Assembly: GCF_026210795.1 (NCBI RefSeq)
Contig: NC_089430.1
Location: 6,076,001-6,138,810 of the forward strand
DNA length: 62,810 nt
Source of the DNA: Rhizophagus irregularis
Taxonomy: Eukaryota
Direction: 5' to 3'
Position 1 is the first letter of the stretch. Each line of letters starts with the position of its first letter. Both the position numbers and the translations under genes were made by a program. Under the pieces are notes generated by a model. It made no database searches. It saw only the letters and a program-made list of their open reading frames with translations, and was not told where the DNA came from. Shown here piece after piece: positions 22,717 through 36,600 of the stretch.

Positions 22717-25122
22717 TCATATTACAATTATTTTGTCTATGTTCTCTGGTAAAGGTTTTAGATCATAGAAAAAGTAATCATCAGGTAAGAGTAGCCAATC
22801 TCGTACCTTCACAGAATTGTCAACTGGAGCGGAAGAGTACATTTTTCTCTGTAACTTCTCCTGATTCACAAACTCAGTTCGAATTCTCATGAAGAAATTA
22901 AATATCTTTGTATAATAATGAATTGCATCAAACGAAAACGGAATCAAGCAAGAAACCAGCTCAACGGCCAAGAACTTCTCTTTGTCTATGAGAGAAACTG
23001 AAAATAACATAAGATGATCGCCAATAATTTGAATGCTATAAGTTTTTATCTCTTTAGCAATTTCGACACTGCAATCCAGGTTATTTCCAAGCGTTTGGCA
23101 AAGGCTACATACAGACATCATAAGCAACTTTTTGGCATCTCCGACTGTGTGTTCTCTTGTAACTTTAAAGGAAGGTCCTGAGACTTCAGTGTTCATTATT
23201 TCCAATCCGTCTGATAAACGTATGACAAGTAGATCCGTCTTTCATGGATTGATATCTTCTGCAAACATATTGTTTGCCTTTTTTATTGAAGCAACATTTT
23301 TTTCGATCCAATCATATTTAATATCCAGGAATGCATTTCGGAATGCACGGAAGATAGGTGAAAGAAATTCCACAATATATGTTCTTTCAGATATTTCACG
23401 GTCTAAAACTCTCGGTATTCTATATCTGAAGTTAGCTACAAAATCTATGAGTGCATCCCTTATGAAGCAGTTGAACCTTGCTTCTTCTGTATATATGTCA
23501 CCATTGATAACTGTTTCCAAATTGATTTTTGATTCTATCTCTGTATATTTTGTTTCGAATATCGTATCCAACTTCTTAATCAAAGTTTCCTGTAAAATAA
23601 GTCGGCCTTTTGCTTGTAATAGATTTTTTATTTCTGTGTAGATTCCCTCTTCAATAGTTTCTTTTATGTAATTTATTGTCGTGTTAAATGCGCAAATGAG
23701 GTATGGTGAATATCTATCATATATAGTTTTTGTTATGATAGGTTTTTGTGGTGTAAAAATTGTGGCTTGTTGAGTCGATTGGATAACTGAACGTGGTATA
23801 TCTCGCAAAGTAGAAATAGTATCTAATGGTGTCCGTTGGGTTGATTGAATAATTGGACATGATGTGTTTTCTCGCGAAGTAGAAATATCTTCTGAAATTT
23901 CTGGTGTCAGGAATTCTGAAATTTCTGGTGGTGTCGAGGATTGTTGGGACGTGTCTGGAGTAATTTCATGCGAAGTAGTATCTTCCAGTGTCTCTGAAGT
24001 TTCTACAAGCGGAACAATGACATCTTTATCCATACCATCACTCGCTTTTCTACGTGATCGTTTTCTTAGTTCTTGTTTCTTTTGTTTATTAATAGGTTCC
24101 GAATCAAAGTCAGAAAATTTATGATCATGTGCGAAACAGTAAAAAAAATATCAAATTACTTACTCTCTTGGGTTTCTCAATGTAATCTGGATCTGAGGAA
24201 TGATCTTCTTCCTCTGAATTTTCACGATAACGTATGGATTTTCTTTTTCTGATCGATCTCTTCCAGCAAGAAAAGTTATAAATCAGTTTTAATGTAATTA
24301 ATCTTTAATCCTTAACTGGACTCACTTTTTTTGTAACTTCCACGGTCTCCTCAGCTATATTCTCCATTATATGTTGCGTCTTACTACTTATATCAACATG
24401 GCACCGTTTCTGTACAAGTATATCATTTAGTAAAAGCTCAAAGAGTTATTCAGCCAAAAGCATACTTACCGTTCGCAAAGTTCTCTCTGATTCTAGACGT
24501 TGTTCTTCGTTATTGTTACACATTGACTCAATTTCGTTCCAGAAGTTATTGACATCTTCATTATAGAACCGATGTTTCTGATAAAAAAAAGAAATAAGTT
24601 AATACAAAGTTTGTGATTGCCAAGATGCTCGTGTGAAAAAAAATGTTTAATTGTTTTATTTATTTCGCAGACCACAACGGACAAGAAGACCATAAGGTAG
24701 AAAGCAATAAGGTTTCCACCATAGTTGTGTGAGTTTAATCCCTTCTCAGGACTACTGGGAGACTCCCATACTGCTTGTGGCAGACCACAACGGACAAGAA
24801 GACCATAAGGTGGAAAGCAAGAAGGTTTCCACCGTAGTTGTGTGAATTTAACCCCTTCTCAGGACTACTGGGAATCTCCCACACTGCCTTTAGGATAAAT
24901 TAAAATCACTTGCCTCAAAGCCTTGGATCAGCCGAGTAGCACCCTTCTTAATATCTTTTGAACGATTATCTTTTATCAACAAGTCAAAACTCTTTCTAAG
25001 TATATGTCAGCCTCTTTACAAAAAGAGAATGTAAAATTTTGTTGATTTTGACGGTGTTTATAAAAGCCCAGAAATCGGTATTGATTAGGCGATGTTTCAT
25101 TGAAGTAGCTATCCCACGACAT
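22717..25122 (-). pseudogene. Multi-exon gene of an expanded fungal PD-(D/E)xK (Crinkler-type REase-like) family
   Basis: Start MSWDSYFNE (ATG at 25122), exon DVNNFWNE, then SERTYIVEFLSPIF, *KTDLLVI, EVSG, HTVGDAKK. In-frame TGA at 23242 and an apparent 2-bp frameshift near 25002. Confidence 0.65.
24667..24888. repeat. 113-bp tandem duplication within a predicted intron
   Basis: gcagaccacaacggacaagaagaccataagg... begins at 24667 and again at 24780. Confidence 0.95.
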
Positions 25123-25944
25123 TATAGATGGAAATTTTTTTTCAGTATTAGTAAACGAAGATTATGAAAAAATTTTTTGGATATATGAGAAATTGATGTC
25201 GCACAGATTGATCTGACTCATCAATTGATAAGAACTTTGATATCGTGACCGACGTGACCCGTACTTTTTACATATCAGGTGATAAGCGTGAAGATTCTTC
25301 ACGGTACTTTATCAATGAACGATGAAAAAAATAAGTGATCTCAATTTCTAATAAATTAAAACAAAACTAACTGGCAAAATTTCAGAACTTTACGAATGTA
25401 AGATTAAGCACAAAATTTGATTTATAATAATGTAATCGCTCTTTCGTGTAATGTGAAACTGCCATCTGGTCCTTATATATCTTTTATTATTTCAATTGAA
25501 TTATAATATTAATTACGATATAATAAAAACTTAATAAAAGGATCCTGCAAGTCAGTAGAATTTAATTATAATCTAGCATTACATAATTTCAACTAAACAA
25601 AATGTCTGGTTTTCTATATAATTGGATCAGACCGAAACGGACTAATTCCACTTGCTTTAAATTCAAAGACATCTTCCTATACATATGAAGGAATCAACCA
25701 TTTATCTCTATAATGCTAAAAAAATATCATAATGCTTGAGTGGTACAAAGCACATGCCATGATCATTATTTCAACCCTGCATATTTGCATTTTGAACTTG
25801 TCCATGATATCGCTGTAATTACATATGTCATTTTATATTTTCTTATTAAATATATATTACTATAAATATAATGTTTAAATATAAAAAGATAAAATAAAAA
25901 ACAAACAAAAAAAACAGGAAAAAAAAATCCAAATTGTAATAAAC

Positions 25945-26334
25945 ATGGGTAGTTCTCAGATTACTGGTAAATATGAAAAAAAAATCACTAATGTTCATTC
26001 TTTACATGTTAACATTGAGTAATAAATGTTTTTGTTTTTATTTTAGAAAATTAAAAATTTGAGTAAAAGAATTGATCGAATGGATAAAAGAATTCTTGAA
26101 ATAGAGAAATCCAAATTCGAGGGAAAAGTTATCCAATTGGAGGAAGATAATGCCCAATTAGAAAAAGACAATATCCTTCTGAGGAATGAAAACATCGAAT
26201 TAAAGAATGAAAATATTCAGCTGAAGGCATGGATTGACGAAATGGAGAACAACAATATTCCATTGGTAAACGAAGATACCAAATACGGAAACGTCTCAAA
26301 AAATGAACTCACTAAAACGTCTCAATATCACTAA
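25945..26334 (+). pseudogene. Small coiled-coil gene or remnant
   Basis: MGSSQIT exon followed by a heptad-rich exon (26047-26334). The splice phases do not match. Confidence 0.3.
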
Positions 26335-29300
26335 CATCACTGAAAAAAAAATGTAAAAAATCATTTTGATATAATAAATATAAAATTAGTTAATAGTTTA
26401 AAGTACTAAAGAATTCGATGTATTTCAGAATTAATTTCAAATTTTGATGGTTTCGTGCTGTTTAATAATAAATAAATAAAACATAAATTAACCAATATAA
26501 CTAGCATCTCTAAACATTTTTCCTGAACTACTTTTAGTAAACCATGAGATTTTCTCATTTTTGATAAAAGGTTCATTAAAGGATATTGGGAGTTTATAAA
26601 GAATTATTATTTAAGTTTTATAACGTCTCTGATGATGCATGCTTACGTTATTGATGATTTCTTTTGTATTATTCGAATAATATTTCAAGAAAGCGTCACC
26701 GAATGTCTTGTGCGATTGTGCCGTATGTGATTGGAATGTATACGAAAATGGACTTTAGATGAGGACAGAGAAGCAAATAGATACATTTCATAACGTATTA
26801 TAAATCTTCTAGTTTATGATATTTGCGATATAAAAAAAGAGAATATTTTCTTAATTGTTAAGCTATATTTTTATAATCTTCTTAATTAATCTACTCGCTT
26901 TCCATACAACCATAGCAGTTTGAGCGAGCACTAAGGTACCAGCTGGAGTAGTTGGAAAAATTGAAGCAATCGGAGATTTTTGGTTCCATAAACTTGAACG
27001 ATGATTAACACATGATTTGATCCCATTTTCACAGTGACGCATGGATGGAATTATGGGTATGACTAGAATAAGAGAAAGAAAAGATATTATAGTATAGAAA
27101 AATTAAATAAGTGTATTTTTGTCGTATATATAATATGTAAATTATAAATTGATTAAAAAACATAGTATATCAGACATTAGGCCTGTTCAATTCTGATCGT
27201 TCTGGTTTATTGATCGAAAATCCATTAACCAATCCTATCATGTGATCAAAATCAAAATTGAGTTGATCGGCTTATTGAACGGTCACCTTATTTTTCATAT
27301 TTTTCTTTTTTAAAAATGGCAAATAAGCAATACCATAAAGGTATATTAAACTTTTTGAGGGCGCGTATTAAAACTTCACTTATCACTAGACACCAGACAC
27401 GTTAAAAAAAGACAATATTATAGGCTGCTTCTGTCAACTACACTAGTACATGTTATCGATAATAGGAACATTTAGGTAGTAGGGCAAGGGAATACGATAA
27501 CTCTATACAGAACTAATGACTAAAAGCAATAGATTCTTCGGATTTGAACGAAATAGCAAAATACGTTTCTTCCTCATTATACTTAAGAATTTACGAATCA
27601 ATAATACAAGTCATGAAGGATTTCGTACTAGAATTTTTATTTTATTGAAAAAAAGTAACATCTTTCAATTTACGTTATTGAAAATTACATGGACTAACAT
27701 TGTATTTTTTAGTGTATAAATTACTAGTTCCCTTTCATGGCAGGAAAGTTAACCCGTGAAATCAATCTTTGAAAAAAGTCGGTTACAAAGAGAGAGTCCA
27801 ACTAGAAAGCACCGCAGAATAGACCAGTAGGTATATATTAAATCACCTGAAAGGGATTCCGATGGAATTGTTGCAATAAGTTATCCGAATGAAATGTGAA
27901 TAAAGAAATTATTTACTTTTACTTACATGTTTGATTCTTTGGACCGCTCTTTGGATTAGGTTACAAACATCATCGTTACCACCTCAGAAAGTCCCAACTA
28001 TAACATCTCAATCTCTTTCTCTCCGTTACCATTATCACTACATCATCAATATGCCGATCCACAATTCGCAGACGAGTTGCTACTGCTGGACAAATGAAAA
28101 TAGCTGCAGTACATTACGAATTAATGTGTCTATCATTAATCAGAGTGTTATTGTGTTATCCCCTCGAAAAATAGAATCGGAATAAAAGTCTCGAAAAATT
28201 AAGATTAGCATCTTGCAAAGGACACATACTATTATTTTCCTAAAAAAACACCCAAGTGTATATGGAAATCAACTGTTCCTAGGTGGTGATACCAATTAAC
28301 TGGGATCTGTCGTTGCGTTTCCAGGGACGTGATCGAGAATATTATTTAAGGAGTAACTATTTCGTATGATGCAGAGATTGGCCTTGCATGACCATACATC
28401 AAAGTTTTCCAATAGTATGTGCTATATTTCTTTGGAACCTTCTTGTTGTCGCAATGATTTCATATCTCTTCGTGTTTGAACCTACACACGTTGATTTTTG
28501 ATGAAGTAATCCGAATTAGTAAACATGTAGATAATCAAATACATAAAAAAAAATAACAGATAGGTTCCAAGTATCAATTAGTACAACTTACATGGTATAA
28601 TGAATAGCATATGGATAGTTACGTGTGGATAATTTTTGTAATACCGCATTTCTAAGACTTACTTTATACAATAATTATATTCTTTATTGGAAACAAAATA
28701 AACTATGGTGTTCGATTTCCTTTGTTAAGAATCTACACTACGTATTGCGTTTGCAAATTTCGAATCATACTATGATCAAAGATTTGTTTCTTGCATTTTT
28801 TAACTTAATGAATGAAGACTCGTTGAAATGCACATGATTCCTTATATTCTTGGTATGACAAATGGGAATCGTTACCATAAAAACTATTGTCATTACTCAT
28901 TACAATGAGACCGTAACCCTTGGGTCACAGTATCACATGTCTATATATCTCAAAATTTATTGCATTCTCTGTTATCTCTGTTGTTAACGTTGCATTAGAA
29001 TCTGTTGAAAGAAAACCAAGAAAACCGTAAACTGAGTAATATACTGGCTTTCTCTGGAATTCTGTGTCACGCAGAAATAATTTTAAATAAAGCCAGCCAG
29101 TCACAGATTATATTCTAATACATCATTAATATTTTTTTAATTGCGTACCTCGTAGCCAAAAGTTAACCGAATATCGCTTTGTAATGGGGAAATTGAGTCA
29201 AACATTGAGTTTTTGTATCATAAAAGAAACTATTTTTTTTACATGTGGCCTTAAGACTTGTAGAAAAAGAGCCACCACTTCATAGCGTTTTGGCCGCAAT

Positions 29301-30376
29301 CAGTATCACAATATATACTTATTTTTGGTATACTAGCCGAGTTTGGATTTGATACATTAAAGTGTCGTAATAGTATTTTCTATTTGTTATTATTGAATCC
29401 TAATTATACCATGGTTCGAATTATTTTGAACACTATCGCTATTTTTATACAACATATGCCAGAATAAGAAGTAGACTAGTACTATAGAATATTTTAGGTT
29501 ACGGGTGAATCTTTTTTAGAAAATTAGTAGAACTATTGTCTGCATTAAAATAACGAAATTGTGAAAAAGCTAAATTGCCAGAAATTAAGTGTAGCTCATC
29601 ATTACTTTGCAATTAAAAAATCACATATTTAGGAATAGAACTGGAAATCATTGTAGTCGGGAAGGATACGTAGACAAATTTATTCCTACTGCGTTGTTCT
29701 ATTATGATCGTGATAGTTAATAGAATCTGGACAGCAATTTTTGTCTTGTGCAGTTTCCCTAATATAGTAAAAATTAGGTCACCAATAAACAACGATAGAG
29801 AACAACTTATGTCGTGTGATATCGAGATGTTTGGAAAAAAACTATTCATTCTATATAATTTCGCAGGCAAACAGACTGTTCTTTCTGCCTGTGAAACTTT
29901 GAATGTAAATAGAAAGTAGTATGATATATGTAGCCCGATGGAATGATGGATGAATTGTTTCGTATTTTTAAATGTATTTTGTATATTATACCAACTTCTC
30001 TGCTTGTAGAACCTTAATGTGAATAGTATGATATTATGTTACGCAGTGACGTGGTTGATTGTTACGCAACAACTCGCACATTGTGCGCCATTTCTCTATA
30101 TTTTTCAATGTATGGTCTGTAATGAGTTTATTATTAAGGTAAATTGTTATATTTTGCATCATTTTAATGTTGATTTTTCCTTCCGCTTGTAGAATGTTAA
30201 TGTAAATAGTATGTTAATATTGTGTTAACACGCAACAGAATTATAACTCGCACATGCCATCGTATGATTATAGATATCATTATTGAAGGTAAGTAATAAA
30301 TACGAATAAATCTTCCATTCGTTGAGAATACTATCTTTGAATATTCATATTCAAGTTCTAAGCTAATTCTTTTCAA

Positions 30377-31366
30377 ATGACAGACGCAGTTGATAACTAT
30401 TTTCCAACCAGTGATGTTTTTGATTTCTTTATTTATAGTTTCCTTCCTTTCATGGCTGCATGGAACTATACTTTATTCAAGGGAAGAAAAGCAGTACGGT
30501 TCAGAACTTTTGTTAACTTGGTTGAAACTAACTTGGTTAAATACGCCATACCATTCGGTTGTTGTTGTGTTAACAAAGATATTTCGTTCCATCATCCAAT
30601 GACTTATTACTTTTTGGCATTAATGTCATTAGATGCTATAATGATAATATATTGGATACTTATAAGTAGTATAGAAAGGGATTTGTCGATTTTCAGTATT
30701 GATCGCATCGGAACATTGGAAAATAATTGTTGTCTTAAAATTTTTCACCTGTTTTACTTGTTTGTCCAAGTTATTTTTACTACTTATATACAAGTGCTTA
30801 TTGTTCCTATCTTGACACTTTATTATTTTCATCAAATATTTTCCGTGGTTGAATGTGCTTTATTCTACGGAATAACACTATTACTTATTTTGTTTTTGAG
30901 TTTATTTATTTGGAAAAAATTAAGTTGTTATTTTGCTGTGACTTTCTTCAACTTTTTATTTATTGCGTTACATATTGTGCTGTTTATTTCACCAAATGGC
31001 TATTTTACCAAAGCAGAGATTGGAGTATGCTTTCTTTATTTGAGTAATATGTTTAAACTCAATGAATTATATGGTAGCGTGAATGCATATGATCCATATC
31101 TACAGACCATGTTTGATCATTATCAATCTGTACGATGGTTGGGTTTTTGGATATTTTATTCAATACGTAAAGGTCTCAAAGAAAGCCGGCTTGGTGATCT
31201 TGTTTATGCTGGAAGAGAAGTTAATTTTTATAATTTGAATAGTGGTGATCGCAAAGACTGGTGGTATATTTACGAACTATGGGATTATAAATTTGTTAAA
31301 GAGGTTCAACGTGATAAGAACAGAAGAGAATTATATAACGCTATAATAGAATATGAAATGATTTAG
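30377..31366 (+). CDS. Multi-pass membrane protein of unknown function (329 aa)
   Basis: Long intronless ATG ORF in AT-rich DNA with several hydrophobic segments. Confidence 0.65.
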   Translation: MTDAVDNYFPTSDVFDFFIYSFLPFMAAWNYTLFKGRKAVRFRTFVNLVETNLVKYAIPFGCCCVNKDISFHHPMTYYFLALMSLDAIMIIYWILISSIERDLSIFSIDRIGTLENNCCLKIFHLFYLFVQVIFTTYIQVLIVPILTLYYFHQIFSVVECALFYGITLLLILFLSLFIWKKLSCYFAVTFFNFLFIALHIVLFISPNGYFTKAEIGVCFLYLSNMFKLNELYGSVNAYDPYLQTMFDHYQSVRWLGFWIFYSIRKGLKESRLGDLVYAGREVNFYNLNSGDRKDWWYIYELWDYKFVKEVQRDKNRRELYNAIIEYEMI

Positions 31367-31809
31367 TTTTTTAATTAAATTATTACCATAAGAAATTTAC
31401 ATATACTTTTTTTGTACTTTTAACTCGTATTTTTGAAGATAATTAATAAAATTAATCAATTTTTTGCTAAAGTGATTCTTTTTAGTAATGACTGTCTTAT
31501 GTACAAGATGCTACCAAATAATAGAACCAGTAAACAAAGAAATTTACAAGATCCTAACCAGTATGATTTATAGATTATCGAGATGTTTAATTAAATTGTC
31601 ACCATAAGAATGTTACACTGCCTAATTCAAAGTTGATCCTCGTTAAAAAAAAATGTCTATGTAATTCTTTTTTTTTATTAAATAGTAACGCGTTTTATTA
31701 ATTATTTAAATTTGATACAAATGACATAATTAATCGTTAAAACACTTAGAGCTTATCGAAAAAAAAAATTTCTCAAAACTCTATAACTAAGTATTTTAAG
31801 AACAAAATT

Positions 31810-32080
31810 ACATCTTTTACATATATTACTTTCTATTTTGTTAGTATTTCTTTGATATAAAACATTATATGTAGGCTGTTCTTTTAATAGATTCTTTAAA
31901 CGATAAGAACGCTCTTTCGTATCTTTATCATTGCATTGCCTCTGTAAAAATTCAATTCTATTACTAACAAATTCTAGTGAGAAAAAAACCTTAATATCAT
32001 TTCCTGAAAGTAAATTTAGACAAAACTCTTTCCTCTTACTAGAAATATGTTCAATCGCTCCTAAAAAAAATAAAAAGGAA
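31810..32080 (-). mobile_element. Fragment of a non-LTR retrotransposon C-terminal zinc-binding region
   Basis: SYRLKNLLKEQPTYNVLYQR...NICKRC resembles the LPT...R...CxxC motif downstream of LINE RT; truncated. Confidence 0.45.
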
Positions 32081-32150
32081 TGTAGTTTTGTTTGGTTTTT
32101 GTCAAATGACGCGTGCCGAAAAAAAAAAGTTGTTCGTACAATCATACAAG

Positions 32151-32680
32151 TCATTCTTTATTTCTGGTTCGTGATAAACATACATGTATGAAATCGTTAC
32201 CATACATAGCATACATGTGACACCATACATACATCGGTTTCCATACAATACTTGTTTTTTGTTTAATCTGTATACATGACATGTTTTTTACATACCGAAG
32301 GTCACTAGGTGCTCGTTCTACTTCATTATTGAGTTGGTCTATTACAGAATCGGGTACATCAACAGTTGGTACCGTCACCACTGGCATCGCTTCTTTATCA
32401 TTTTGTGTCTGACCAAATGACAACGCCATCCCATCCACAGCTGAACCCTGTTCTAATAATGCAAGTCTAGCCTCAAGCTCTCCAACTCTAGACTTGAGTT
32501 CGGCATTCTCAGAATCACGCCTCGCATTCTCTTCAATAATTTGCTTCAGCTTCGCATTCTCAGCCTCAACCTCAGCAAACTTTAGTAACTTCTCTCTAAG
32601 TTCGGGAATCTCAGCATTCTCCTTCTTAAGCTCTGCAATCTCAGCTAAGAGCTTGGAATTTAATTCTTAATGGATTGCAT
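32151..32680 (-). pseudogene. Truncated coiled-coil gene fragment
   Basis: ELNSKLLAEIAELKKENAEIPEL...ENAELKSRVGELEARLALLEQ reads in frame into ORF 32151-32438, with a frameshift just after the ATG at 32680. Confidence 0.55.
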
Positions 32681-33604
32681 GTTCGATAATAATTTTTTAT
32701 ATAAAACGGAATAATTCAAAAGTTCGTTAGCATAGATAAAAAAACCGTGACAAATGTCACGATCGGAATTATTGATTTATTGATGTAAAAAAAAATACAT
32801 TGTTTTACAATGTGAAATAGAGTCGCCTGCCGGTGTTTCGCTCATCTAAGCTATCTAAGCTATCTATATACTAACATATCCCAATATTAACTCTAATCCG
32901 ATTTTTTTTGTCTCAACGTCGATATTCTGGATAGAATAAAATGGTCGTCAGTTTATGTATAGAAGAGTCAGAAATAAATTAACAATATTGGGCTTAGTAA
33001 AACTCACCAAAGGTATGTTCCCCGCCTAATAAGGTCCTCGAAATTTCTGAATAAAAAGAGATTAGCTTTACAAGCTATGAATCACTCCCTTGCAAATGCA
33101 CAGTCACAGCCTTTAATTGTGAAGTGTCTCGTCCGGACTTTAATAATTTTTTCGTCAACACTTCTTAACTGCGATAGGTTCATGCTCGGAGAAAATAGCA
33201 CGACGGCTTGGGGTCGGAATAAGAAAAAAAAAGTTGTACAGAGAAAACGCCTTAATTACACCAGATTTAATTTAGTTGTCATTATGACATAATTTAAAAT
33301 TAATTTTATTGGCTACTAATTGTTGTTGTACAACCGAAGAATTAATAAATACCTTGTGAATGCGATCTGAGTATCACTCTTTTTCGCTTGCCGACAAGTC
33401 AATTTTATAAACTTTTTTTTGCTTATATCGTTTATATGTCATTATATCATATTTCGTGTCACCAATTAAGAGTTTATAAAGATCATTTTATAATTAATCA
33501 CGATGTATTCAGAAGTATATATACCTTTTTTTTTTTCTCAAATTTCTCTAAACTTCTTTTAAAAAAAAATATCATTTATAATTTTACAGAAAAATACTTT
33601 CAAA

Positions 33605-36600
33605 ATGAAATTCTCCTTAAATTGTCTATTTCTGAAAGAAGCTTCTGTCCGATCTATTTCAGTTGATATTAGTGACGAAATTATTGTTGGCATTAACAGG
33701 ATCGAATATGAAGATATTAAAGTTTCACATGTCAAATCTCTTATCTTGTCTGGAAAAGGAGTTAGTTATTCTCCTGACAATCTGAATCTTTGGAAGGTTG
33801 ACCGTGATAGTGTCATCAAGAACGACGAGTTGCTTAGAACATTTTCTACCGAAAATGACATTAAAGAAAAACTTGGAGGAGAATTGATGCAACCTCGATT
33901 TCCTCTTGATGAATATTTCAACGAGGATAGTTTTAAAGATAAGAAAAGCAAGTCTGCCATTCACATCATCGTGCAACGTCTGACCACCACCACTGGTAAG
34001 TGTCTCCCAATTTTTTACCTCTCGAACAAGGAAATTGCAGTAACAAAATATCGAGTTTGGTCTGATCTCCTTTTTTTCGCGTTAAAAATAGGTCCCTCCC
34101 AACAAGGTGTTTCATCTAAAAACTATTGGCCTGGAATAATGTCAAAAAATTTCTAACAAATCTCTCACTTATTAATGGTTTTAGGACCTAACTGGAACGA
34201 TGCTTCTTCCATCTATGAGTGGATACAACAACAATTCACATTGGACCGAAAACGAAAACGAATGCGAGTATGTCTTTCCAGCTTTGTCACCTCTCTAATA
34301 ATGAGTTTCTTAGTTCCTCTGATTAAAATAAAATTGACTTTTTCAGCTCGTTGGAAGCTTTGGCAAAAACTTTGAACTTTGTCAACGAGATGACACCATT
34401 AAAACCCTCTGGAATGGTAATCAAAGGCTAATTGGGATTGAGAGACGATTTCAATTCCGTACGGAAGATGACAGAAGCTATCATCCAATTCCTGTCTTAG
34501 CGGGCGGACCTGGAATTGGAAAGAGCAGATTTCTAGACGAAGTTGAAGAATTAATCAAGGAAAAAGCTGAGGAATCTCAAAATAATGATTTCAAAAACAT
34601 GATTACCATCAATACAACCTATGGGAATTCAACCATCGCTGACGAAATCGATGTAAGGATTCAAGCACAGCCATCTCTCGCACTACGTATTCTATATAAG
34701 TACTTTCAACCAAAACACAAAGATTATGCTCAAAGCTATAATTTTCTCTGCTTCCGCGCATGCTGTATGCAAGCTAATCCAGACATTTCATTACTTACCC
34801 TGGACATTGCTCTTCAAATTATCTACAAAGACTTTGTGCAAATTAATCCAACAACACTTGATCCTCTTCTGGTCCTGGTCCTTGGCATCGACGAGTTCAA
34901 TAAATTGCATGTTCAAAATCAAGAGGTCTGTAGGAACCTTATACACGCCATTGGAGCATCAATGTGTGCATCGCATGAAAACATATATTTCATTCCTATT
35001 CTAGCTGGAACGATTGAAGGACCCTTAAATAGTTATATTTCAGGTTCTATGCATGAACCACTTCACCTCCCACTACGCTTACTTAATGATGATGATGCAA
35101 TCAAAATTGGTATGAAAATGAAGTTGTTTGATGATGAATATGTCAGATTGGATCCATATTTTCGATTAAGTATTAGTGATGTTGGAGGACATGTGAGAAC
35201 ATTGGAATATTACTACGAATATTTTTCAGGACAATGTGAGAAAGATATAAAACGCATAAAACAAGAAACAGAAGAAATGATGTCAGAAGAGGAGATACTA
35301 AAAACAGCTGTTTATAACGTGAAAATTAGTGGTATCATGACACTTATCATAGAAAGGATTGGACAAAAATATCTTCAGCAGCTAAACTCACGATGGTTGA
35401 CAATACCTCTTGCTAATGCCATATTGGGTTTTCCGGTTCAAAAAAATGATGCGATCACTCTCAAAAAAAGTTCAATGACATATCAGGAACTTAGTTCAAT
35501 GGGAATTGTGAACCTGGTTCCAACAAAACAAACTAACGAATACCTTATTCGGTTACCCTATGTGTGGGTATGTGCAATCGTTGGAAACTCCAATGACCCT
35601 GGGTTGACTTATTGGAAGTCCATGTTAAATTATAATGAGCCGATGAATTGGTCGAATTTCGAAGATTTTAATACCAAGTTCTGGGCATTACGCCTCTGTC
35701 TCTTTCGTTTAATAGGATATAAGAAGATTGAGTTGAAGACCCTTTTTAAGGGTGCGGATTTCTCTCTTAGTTTTCCAGATGTTGAAGTTGACTTACCTCA
35801 AATTAAAGATATCAAATTATATAAATTACTACATCGATACCCAGGTATTATGTTTTGCAGATTTTTTCTATCATAAAAATCACATCAAACTCAAATCCCA
35901 TTCTAATATAATTTAGTCACTAAAACTTACGAGAATAATCAAGTGAGATATGCAAACATAAAGGAAATAAGAAATGGTTATATTGACCTAGATTTATTGA
36001 AGGATGAAATGATCAAGAGTTATATTGGTTCTGTATTTCTTAATGCGTCTGGGGCTCCCTTTGATGCCTTTGGGTATCTTAATAAAAGTTCTGAGTCTGC
36101 GGGTGAAATTTGTGTAGCTCAACAATCAAAATCAATTATTACTTCTAAGGTTATCATCAACAAAAACAAAAGTTCTGAGTCTGCGGGTGAAATTTGCGTA
36201 GCTCAACAATCAAAATCAACTCAAACTTCTATGGTTACCGTTAACCAAAAATTGTTTGATAAAGAGCATAACAAGGTAACAACACTGCTTCACATATTAA
36301 GTGCACATACATTTTTAAATTGTTGATTAACAAATCTCTTTCTTATATAATAATAAGTCTACCGAAGCTTTGCCTGAGAAAGATTTGGTTTTATTATTCT
36401 TAACGAATGCAGATAAAAAAAACAACCTGTCTATATATGATAAACCAAATAGCGCATTAGTGTCTATGGAAAATTTTCCAAAGTTTTATGGATATACATA
36501 TGCGAGTCGCGCACAATTCGCATCTGGTATGTTTGTAATTTGGAATTCCTTTTTTGATCATAATGTTTGCTAATGTTCTTTTACATTTACATAGCGAACG

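Noticed and set aside
23132..23641. 169-aa plus-strand ORF
   Set aside because: Antisense shadow of the REase-like gene.
26880..27060. Short open, exon-like segment on the minus strand
   Set aside because: No recognisable motif or linkable upstream exon.
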